A stretch of 13,695 nt of DNA, taken from positions 1 to 13,695 of the forward strand of contig JBHIAT010000095.1 in the NCBI GenBank assembly GCA_046758705.1. Reading direction: 5' to 3'. Positions within the stretch are counted from its first letter, which is position 1; each line of letters opens with the position of its first letter. This document shows, piece by piece, positions 7,392 to 13,695 of the stretch. A program made the translations under genes and the position numbers. The notes under the pieces were generated by a model, which was not told the origin of the DNA, did not search any database, and saw nothing but the letters and a program-made list of their open reading frames with translations. The stretch comes from Candidatus Bipolaricaulia bacterium (lineage in GTDB: Bacteria; Bipolaricaulota; Bipolaricaulia; JBHIAT01).

Positions 7392-8191
7392 CCGTTCGGT
7401 TCGATGATCCGTATCTGCCACGGGCCGTTGAGTACGATCTCCGGACCGTTGAACCGCTTGAGCTCCCCGGTCACCTCCACCACCCGTCCCCGGTAACTGG
7501 CGATCGGATCGATCCCCACCTCTCGGAACGTCGGGACGTTCTCGGCGAAGATGACCGCGGTGAAGTCGGTCCGATGGTCTTCTCCGGCGTTAAGAAAGAT
7601 GACCCGGCCCGAATCGTATGCGTCCAGGACCCGGAACCGCACGGTCACCATCTGCCCCAGGTACTCTACCGTGTGGGCTTCTGCCTGTTCGACTGAGATG
7701 GTCCGGTGATCCTTCCACATCCCACGACGATCGGCGGCCGCTTCGATCTGCATCCGCTCAAAGTAGGCCCGGTACTTCGTGTTCGGGGGGATGGAGAGCA
7801 GATCCGCCACACCCTGGCGGACCAACTCCCCATTGACGAACACCCATTCCCCGTCGCGTTGGACGTAGACGTAGGCGAGCAACCGATCGTGGATATCCCG
7901 CCGATCGAGATCGTACTCGATCTTGACCTGCTGATACAGGACGAGTTCCTGATTGAGATCCGAGGCTTCCCCTGCATAGGGCTCGGGGGTCGGATGGACC
8001 TCGGGCGTATCGATCCCGATGTAACGGATCCGTTCCATGTTACTGAGCAGGATGGTGTCACCATCGAAGACCCGGACGACGAATGCCGTCTCGGTTGCCC
8101 AGGCGGGGTCCGGTTGCAGCGGCTGAGCGTGGACGACCGATACACAAAGCGTTAGCACCAGCCAGACGATAAGCGGTTGTTTCCTATGCAT
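7388..8191 (-). CDS. Secreted thermonuclease (staphylococcal nuclease family) with C-terminal OB-fold-like domain
   Basis: ATG 8191 with SD AGGAG; signal peptide MHRKQPLIVWLVLTLCVSVVHA; SNase motifs VRVFDGDT, RYIGIDTPE, DIHDRLLAYVY, NGELVRQG, RRGMW; C-terminal ~95 aa with YLGQMVTV, VIFLN, FTAVIF, VEVTGELKRFNGPEIVL. Confidence 0.92.
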   Translation of the reverse strand: MHRKQPLIVWLVLTLCVSVVHAQPLQPDPAWATETAFVVRVFDGDTILLSNMERIRYIGIDTPEVHPTPEPYAGEASDLNQELVLYQQVKIEYDLDRRDIHDRLLAYVYVQRDGEWVFVNGELVRQGVADLLSIPPNTKYRAYFERMQIEAAADRRGMWKDHRTISVEQAEAHTVEYLGQMVTVRFRVLDAYDSGRVIFLNAGEDHRTDFTAVIFAENVPTFREVGIDPIASYRGRVVEVTGELKRFNGPEIVLNGPWQIRIIEPNG

Positions 8192-8202
8192 TATATGTTC
8201 TC

Positions 8203-9120
8203 CTACTGGTAGTGAACCCGTCGCTGGAGCAACTTCATCTGGATGAGTGTGAGGATGAAGATGATGAAGAACAGCACATAGGCCGCCGCCGATGCATACC
8301 CCATGCGCCACTCGCCGAACGCTTTCTGGAACAGGTACACGACGATCGTCATCGAGCTGTTCAACGGACCGCCTCGACCACCCGGGAACAGGACGTAGAT
8401 CTCGTCGAACACCTTGAACGCGCCGATCGACGAGATGATCAACACGAAGAAGATCGTCGGCGACAACAGCGGCAGCGTGATGCGTCGAAACAGTTGCCAG
8501 CTGGAGGCGCCGTCGACCTTGGCCGCGTCGTAGAACTGCCGATCGATGTTCTGCAAGCCGGCCAGGAAGATGACGATCTGAAAGCCAATGTACTTCCAGA
8601 TGCTCAAGAGAATGACGGCAGGCATTGTGAACTCCGGACTGTTGAGCCAATCGATCGGTCCGATCCCCACCCGGCCGAGGAAGTAGTTCACCAGCCCGAA
8701 ATCTCGGTCGTAGATCCAGCGAAACACCAGCGTCGCCGCCACCGTCGGTGTGATATAGGCGATGAAGAACGACGTGCGAAATATCGAGCGGCCCTTGATC
8801 CGGGCGTTGAGCAGGACCGCCACCCCGAGCGCCAGCGCCATCGTCGGGACCACACTGCCGAGCACGTAATAGACGGTGTTCCACAGGGACTTCCAGAACA
8901 ACTCATCCTGGAGCAGTTCCCGGTAGTTGCCCAGGCCGATGAACCGCTTGATCGGGTTGATGAAGTCCCAGTCGAACAGACTCAACGCGAACGACCGGTA
9001 GACGGGGTAGAAGGTGAACGTTCCTAGGATGACGAATGCAGGCAGCAGGTAGAGGTAAGCGCGGGCGGTATCAGCCCAGAACCGCTTCGATCTCAACCGC
9101 TCTGATACCAATAACTTCAT
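8203..9120 (-). CDS. Carbohydrate (CUT1) ABC transporter permease, UgpA/MalF-like
   Basis: Multiple TM segments, FIGLGNY, EAA loop LAGLQNIDRQFYDAAKVDGAS, ITLPLLSPT, GYASAAA. Confidence 0.95.
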   Translation of the reverse strand: MKLLVSERLRSKRFWADTARAYLYLLPAFVILGTFTFYPVYRSFALSLFDWDFINPIKRFIGLGNYRELLQDELFWKSLWNTVYYVLGSVVPTMALALGVAVLLNARIKGRSIFRTSFFIAYITPTVAATLVFRWIYDRDFGLVNYFLGRVGIGPIDWLNSPEFTMPAVILLSIWKYIGFQIVIFLAGLQNIDRQFYDAAKVDGASSWQLFRRITLPLLSPTIFFVLIISSIGAFKVFDEIYVLFPGGRGGPLNSSMTIVVYLFQKAFGEWRMGYASAAAYVLFFIIFILTLIQMKLLQRRVHYQ

Positions 9121-9131
9121 TCAGATCAAGT

Positions 9132-9170
9132 GGGATGGAGGAGAGGAACCTGCCTCCTCTCCTCCATCCC
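9132..9170. other. 16-bp perfect inverted repeat (mRNA-stabilising hairpin or weak terminator)
   Basis: GGGATGGAGGAGAGGA (9132-9147), 7-nt loop, TCCTCTCCTCCATCCC (9155-9170), between the SBP and permease genes. No U-tract follows on the minus strand. Confidence 0.85.
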
Positions 9171-9180
9171 TGGACAATTT

Positions 9181-9220
9181 AACTTTTCAACTTTGTTAAC
9201 CTTCCAACTTTTCAACTGTT
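9181..9220. repeat. Degenerate 7-9-nt tandem repeat (AACTTTTC-like) x5
   Basis: aacttttc aactttgtt aaccttcc aacttttc aactgtt, abutting the SBP stop codon. Confidence 0.8.
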
Positions 9221-10465
9221 TTATCCACCCTTGGCGAGCAGCTCGTTGACCTTAGCAGCGGCGATGCTCAACGCCTCCTCCGGGGTGGCTCGATCGAGCA
9301 GCACCAGCTCCAGAGCGTTGCCGATGAGGTTTCTGATACCAAACCACTCCGCGTGATGGGGGTAGACGAACCCGTCGAGCAGTTCGTCGCTCGTTGCCCG
9401 CACCGCCGGGTTATTATCCAGATAGCCCTCCCACATCCCCGATCGGATCGCAGACACGGTCACCGGCAGGTACCCGGTCTCCTCAGCCCAGAAGACGGTG
9501 TTTTCCTCGCGGAGCAGGAACTCGATGTACCGGGCGGCAGCGCTGATCTGCTCAGGGGAAGCTTTCCGGAACACCCCGAGGTTCGTCCCCTGGATCATCG
9601 ATTGAGAGTTGACCGGTCCGGCGGGCAGCGGCGCGGCGCTCCAGCCGTGGTTGCCTTCGCTGGCCCGAGCCACGAACGGGATGCCGGCCGATGAGCCGAT
9701 GTACATGGCCACCTTGCCCCCACCGAACACGTCGGACAGATAGGCAGACTGGAACAGGCTGACATCCTTCATCTTCCTCAAAAACTGGAGTGCCGAGACT
9801 CCAGCCTCCGAGTTGAACCGCGCCTTCCCCATGTCCGGTGACAGGAACTGGCCACCGGCCTGGCGGAAGAAGACCGAGAACATCTCAGGATAGGCGCGGA
9901 GTCCGAAGCCGTATTGGTCAATGGTGCCGTCCCCGTCGAGGTCAACCGTCAGCTCCTGGGCTATCTCGTAGAGCTCGTCCCAGGTCGCCGGCGGTGTCTC
10001 GATCAGATCGGTGTTGTAGTACAACACCATCGCACTCTTGTTGAACGGCAGCGTGGTCAACACCAAGTCGTAGGTGTTCGATTCAAGCAACGACTCGGGC
10101 AGATCCCGGACGATCGTGTTACTGAAGTAGGGCTCGAGCGGCACCAACGCGTCCGCCCGCAGCAGCATCGCCGTCCAGTCCTCGTACATCTGAGACATGG
10201 TGGGAGGCTGGCCGGCGGCGGTCGATGCAATCAACTTCTGGTTCAGAGCACCGTAATTTCCCTGATAGACCAGCTCCACCTCGATATCCGGGTTCTCGGT
10301 CATGAACTTCTCAGTCAACGCCTTCAGTGCCTGTTGATGCGATTGGCTCATGGCGTGCCAGAAGGTGATCTTGACCTGGGCCAACACCACCGGTGTCACC
10401 CAGGTCACCAACGCCAACATCAGGAGGACAACTATCGCACTTCTCCAAGCAACTGTCTTATGCAT
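9221..10465 (-). CDS. ABC transporter extracellular solute-binding protein (family 1, UgpB/MalE-like)
   Basis: SD GAGGAGG; Sec-type signal peptide ending VLA with no lipobox Cys; KITFWHAM, VELVYQGNY, LPFNKSAMVLYYNTD, PPATWDEL, GKVAMYIGSSAG, QGTNL, TGYLPV. Confidence 0.95.
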   Translation of the reverse strand: MHKTVAWRSAIVVLLMLALVTWVTPVVLAQVKITFWHAMSQSHQQALKALTEKFMTENPDIEVELVYQGNYGALNQKLIASTAAGQPPTMSQMYEDWTAMLLRADALVPLEPYFSNTIVRDLPESLLESNTYDLVLTTLPFNKSAMVLYYNTDLIETPPATWDELYEIAQELTVDLDGDGTIDQYGFGLRAYPEMFSVFFRQAGGQFLSPDMGKARFNSEAGVSALQFLRKMKDVSLFQSAYLSDVFGGGKVAMYIGSSAGIPFVARASEGNHGWSAAPLPAGPVNSQSMIQGTNLGVFRKASPEQISAAARYIEFLLREENTVFWAEETGYLPVTVSAIRSGMWEGYLDNNPAVRATSDELLDGFVYPHHAEWFGIRNLIGNALELVLLDRATPEEALSIAAAKVNELLAKGG

Positions 10466-10566
10466 CGATCAACCTCCTCTTACTGGTACAGGGATTGGAG
10501 TTGAGTCTACCAGCTCACCTCTTCACGCTTCTTTCTCTGGTTATCCCCTCCTTTCTTTTTTTTTGC

Positions 10567-10588
10567 AACTTTCTAACTTTTAACTGTT
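10567..10588. repeat. Degenerate 7-8-nt tandem repeat (AACTTT-like) x3
   Basis: aactttct aactttt aactgtt, abutting the permease stop codon; same unit as 9181-9220. Confidence 0.7.
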
Positions 10589-11476
10589 TTATCGGATCCC
10601 ACTCCGGGCGATTCCCTGGATGAACTGCTTTTGGGCAATGAAGAACAGCAACAGGATCGGTAGGATCGCCACCGTCGAGGCAGCCATCAACTGCTCATAG
10701 AGCGTGCCTGCCTCAGTGCTGAACGTCGCCAGCCCCACCGGGAAGGTGCGCATCTTCGGTGTGTTCGTCACGATCAGCACCCACAGGAACGCGTTCCAAC
10801 TGCCGATGAACTTGAACAGGGCGACGGTGACCAGCGCCGGTCGCGCCAGCGGGACCATGATCCGCCACAGGAATCGCAGCCGGCTGCAGCCGTCTATCTG
10901 TGCCGCATCCCACAGCTCATTGGGTGTCGTCAGGAAAAACTGTCGCAACAGGAAGATCCCGAAGACCGAGACGATCCACGGGATGATGAGCGCGTAGTAG
11001 GTGTCGATCCATTTGAGCCGGGTCAGTGTGATGTAGTTCGGGATGAGCAGCATCTCCCCCGGGATCATCAACGTCCCCAGGAACAATATGAAGATGACGT
11101 TCTTGCCGAAGAAGTCCATCTTGGCAAACGCGTAGGCGGCGAAGATGGTGGTGATCAGCTCGGCAATGGTGACGGTGATCGCCACGAAGAAACTGTTGAA
11201 GAAGTAACGTCCGAACGGGGCGGCGTTCCAGGCAATCGAAAAATTCTCCCAGCGGAACACGCTTGGGATCCATTTCGGTGGCATCAGCGCGATCTCGGTC
11301 GGTGGCTTGAGCGATGTGGAGACCATCCACAGGAACGGGAGGATCATGATGAACGACCCTAAGATGAGCAGAAGATAGATGGTCAGTCGTGCCGGTGAGA
11401 GGTTCGAGATCCGTCCCATAAGCTTGCTTCGGACCGGTGTTGGACCGTTCAGCGTGCGCACTCCACCCCGCTGCAT
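10589..11476 (-). CDS. Carbohydrate (CUT1) ABC transporter permease, UgpE/MalG-like
   Basis: PFLWMVSTSLK, YFFNSF, AAYAFAK, FGIFLLRQFF, EAA loop ELWDAAQIDGCS, WNAFLW, AQKQFIQGI. Start uncertain (ATG 11476 or ATG 11419). Confidence 0.95.
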   Translation of the reverse strand: MQRGGVRTLNGPTPVRSKLMGRISNLSPARLTIYLLLILGSFIMILPFLWMVSTSLKPPTEIALMPPKWIPSVFRWENFSIAWNAAPFGRYFFNSFFVAITVTIAELITTIFAAYAFAKMDFFGKNVIFILFLGTLMIPGEMLLIPNYITLTRLKWIDTYYALIIPWIVSVFGIFLLRQFFLTTPNELWDAAQIDGCSRLRFLWRIMVPLARPALVTVALFKFIGSWNAFLWVLIVTNTPKMRTFPVGLATFSTEAGTLYEQLMAASTVAILPILLLFFIAQKQFIQGIARSGIR

Positions 11477-11486
11477 TATCAGGTTC

Positions 11487-11516
11487 AGCGTATCATAATG
11501 ACGTGGTGGTTGTCAA
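11487..11516 (-). promoter_or_regulatory. Candidate sigma70-type promoter for the ABC cluster
   Basis: Minus strand: consensus TTGACA (11516-11511), 18-bp spacer, extended -10 TGaTACGCT (hexamer 11492-11487). Confidence 0.55.
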
Positions 11517-11593
11517 TGATCAGTTTGAGCCGTACAGGGTGCGATTCGCGGAGCTTGACCCGCTGCAACCGGTAGATCGTGGTAGCCGTCCGC

Positions 11594-13695
11594 TTACGAA
11601 GTCCTCTCAGGCGTGACCAGAAATAGCAGCGACGGCAAGACCAACAGCGATGCCGCCAATGCCAAAAAGATCATGATCGCCGTCAGGATACCATATGCGG
11701 AGAACATCGGCATTGGCGCAAACCCCATGATGGCAAACCCAGCGATGCTCGACACCCCAGAGCTCAGTAACGCCACCCCCGTGCCTCGCGCCGCCTGACA
11801 CAGCGCCTGAACCCTGCCTCCCAATCTGGCCAACTCCTCGCGAAACCGTTCGGTCATGTGGATCGAATAGTCGACGCCTATGCCGATCGATATAGCGGCA
11901 ATCAGGGCGGTCACGAAGTTGAGTGCAAACCCGGCCAGGTACATCAACGCATACAACCAGGCCACCACCAGCCCAATGGGAATGATGGTGACGACGGCGA
12001 ACCTCACCGACCGCAGGGCCATCATGATGACCAGGAAGCAGGAAAACGCTGCGATGGGCAGGGCGATGTTTAAGGATCGAGTGACGGCGTTTAAGGTCGC
12101 CTCCCGGATGACAGGTGACCCCGTCAGACCGACCAGCGAGATCGAGGGGATTTCCTTTAAGACCTGAAAGTTCTCTTCCAAGGCGTTGCGGGCGGCGGTA
12201 ACCACCGACTGCTCTCGGGTGCCCGGGATCCCGACCACCAATGTGGTGGCATCCTCCTCAGCACCCGTGGGATCGTGAAACAGCGTCTCCCGGGCTCGTG
12301 CGGCTTCATAGGCCAGGGTGTCCTCATCGAGAGGCACACCATGTTGGACCATATAGTCGTAAGCTGCGTTGATCTGCTCGTTCGTATCGGGAATCCCATC
12401 ATGGTTGGCATCCTCGATCTTCACCCCGGTGACTCGGTTTACCTGGCTTCGCGCATACTCACTCTCGGTGAGGCGTCTCAACAGAGCGAATACCGTCGTG
12501 CCTTGCAAGTTCAGCTCGCCATCCGTGTCTTTTGCCAAGTAGGGGTTGCGCTCCATGGTGTCCAATAGTTCTTGCATAGTTTCTAAAGCTGCCGGATCGG
12601 TCAGGTCCCCCTGGATGTAGATGATGCCGGGTTCACCCCCGATTTCGCCCACGTGCTCGTCTACCTTATCCAAACTCACCACGAAGTCCGACTGGTTATC
12701 GAAGAAGTCTTTGACATCGAAGGTGGGTTCCAACTTCAACGCATAAAAGATAGCCGCAGCCGTGATAGCAGCCACCACGGGCAGCAACAAGGTCCGGTTG
12801 TTTGCCAGCTTGACGATCACAGACGCCAGGGCTCCCGACGACATGGGCTCCTTCACAGCCGGGGCACCCTGTGATGGGGATGGGTTTTCTTGGCCCGTCA
12901 CAGGCGTGAGTATAGTCCTCCGAGCATTCCGGCGTACCGTGACCATCACGGGCAGTCCAAGGCCCAGAATAACAGACAGGAAGATGACTCCAACACCTAT
13001 GAGCGGATTAATTGCCACCAGAGCGATCACGCCGAAGGCGGACAAGGAAGCCACACCGGCCATATTGATGGATCGCACCACGATCATTGCCCCAGACTTC
13101 TGGTGGCCAGCGATAGCTCCTTCCCTGAGGGCATCGATACGCATCATGGCCAGAGGGACCACAACGCCAAGAACGATAAACGAGGCGATGACCGCTATGC
13201 CGGCGGCGATGCCGAATTGGAACACGCCCTCTATATCCGACGACAGATTGGAGAGAAACGCGACCCCGTCGGTCATCATCGCCAGCGTCAGCGCGCCCAG
13301 GACGCCTGCAATGCCCAACAGAAACGCTCGACGAGGCACATACTCCTTCCGCCGCTCCTCCTGATAACGACGTAGGGCGTGGATGGCAAAGTCCACCCCC
13401 AGGGAGATCATGGCAATCGGCACGATCAAGTCGATAATCAGCCCAGACTTCAGTCCGATCAGATTGGAGATCCCCTTGAGCCAGATCATGAGGATCCCCA
13501 ACCCGGAACCCGTCAGCGCCACCGCCCAGTAAGAACGCAGGCTGATCCCGACCACCACCAGCACCGCGATCACCGTGAACATGATGAACGGACCGGCAGT
13601 CTCGCCCTCGTCCTCGCTCTCCAAGTTGACGTCAATGGCTATGCCCCAGAGACGGTAACTCTGCTGCTCTCCTCTCAGCATGCGCTGGACGTTCC
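11594..13695 (-). CDS. MMPL/RND-superfamily membrane transporter (5'-partial)
   Basis: Two TM bundles with paired motifs ISLGVDFAIH...RYQEE and IGIGVDYSIH...RFREE, a large soluble loop between them, C-terminal LLVLPSLL. The frame stays open from 13681 to the window edge. Confidence 0.92.
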   Translation of the reverse strand, partial: NVQRMLRGEQQSYRLWGIAIDVNLESEDEGETAGPFIMFTVIAVLVVVGISLRSYWAVALTGSGLGILMIWLKGISNLIGLKSGLIIDLIVPIAMISLGVDFAIHALRRYQEERRKEYVPRRAFLLGIAGVLGALTLAMMTDGVAFLSNLSSDIEGVFQFGIAAGIAVIASFIVLGVVVPLAMMRIDALREGAIAGHQKSGAMIVVRSINMAGVASLSAFGVIALVAINPLIGVGVIFLSVILGLGLPVMVTVRRNARRTILTPVTGQENPSPSQGAPAVKEPMSSGALASVIVKLANNRTLLLPVVAAITAAAIFYALKLEPTFDVKDFFDNQSDFVVSLDKVDEHVGEIGGEPGIIYIQGDLTDPAALETMQELLDTMERNPYLAKDTDGELNLQGTTVFALLRRLTESEYARSQVNRVTGVKIEDANHDGIPDTNEQINAAYDYMVQHGVPLDEDTLAYEAARARETLFHDPTGAEEDATTLVVGIPGTREQSVVTAARNALEENFQVLKEIPSISLVGLTGSPVIREATLNAVTRSLNIALPIAAFSCFLVIMMALRSVRFAVVTIIPIGLVVAWLYALMYLAGFALNFVTALIAAISIGIGVDYSIHMTERFREELARLGGRVQALCQAARGTGVALLSSGVSSIAGFAIMGFAPMPMFSAYGILTAIMIFLALAASLLVLPSLLFLVTPERTS

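Noticed and set aside
7323-7421. Longer start for the methyltransferase
   Set aside because: It overlaps the thermonuclease end and runs through the promoter-like region; a strong SD precedes GTG 7322.
5857-8191. Nuclease-methyltransferase-nuclease read as a restriction-modification or anti-phage system
   Set aside because: Both nucleases have export signals and the methyltransferase lacks DNA-methyltransferase catalytic motifs, so a nutritional role fits better.
8192-8884. 231-codon N-terminal extension of the thermonuclease ORF (track 7388..8884)
   Set aside because: It overlaps the permease in another frame and is Arg/Gly/His-rich shadow sequence; a good SD, ATG and signal peptide exist at 8191.
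8212-9027. 271-aa antisense ORF, and similar antisense ORFs over panB, panE, the SBP and MMPL
   Set aside because: Mirror frames of well-supported genes with no independent evidence.
9181-9220. Possible CRISPR array
   Set aside because: Units are 7-9 nt with no spacers, and no cas genes are present.
9908-9945. DLDGDGTID calcium-binding-type motif in the SBP
   Set aside because: A common insertion in family 1 solute-binding proteins; not distinctive.
10556-10564. T9 tract as a phase-variation site or terminator
   Set aside because: It is intergenic, outside any identified promoter spacer, reads as A9 on the mRNA and has no adjacent GC stem.

Overview
GC-rich bacterial window with 11 complete CDSs, one CDS cut by the right edge and a possible gene start at the left edge. 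Left: a LacI-family repressor (-) with a clear sigma70-type promoter overlapped by two tandem LacI-type operators, divergent from panB-panE (+). panE has no ATG/GTG/TTG start upstream of its NADPH-binding motif. Centre/right: a tightly packed minus-strand cluster (11476->3214) of CUT1/Ugp-like ABC permease, solute-binding protein, permease, secreted thermonuclease with an extra OB-like domain, SAM methyltransferase, secreted S1/P1-nuclease/Zn-phospholipase C family protein, a 436-aa protein of unknown function, and a GH4 alpha-galactosidase/glucosidase. A partial MMPL/RND transporter lies upstream. The best candidate for an undescribed system is the pairing of two secreted phosphodiesterases with an ABC importer, an unknown protein and a GH4 enzyme, possibly for scavenging extracellular nucleic acid or (glyco)phosphodiesters. 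The intergenic DNA also carries short AAC(T)n tandem repeats after two stop codons, a 16-bp perfect hairpin, an orphan SD and a candidate internal promoter/operator. No rRNA, tRNA, CRISPR array or transposase was recognised. All family calls come from motif recognition by eye, with no database search.
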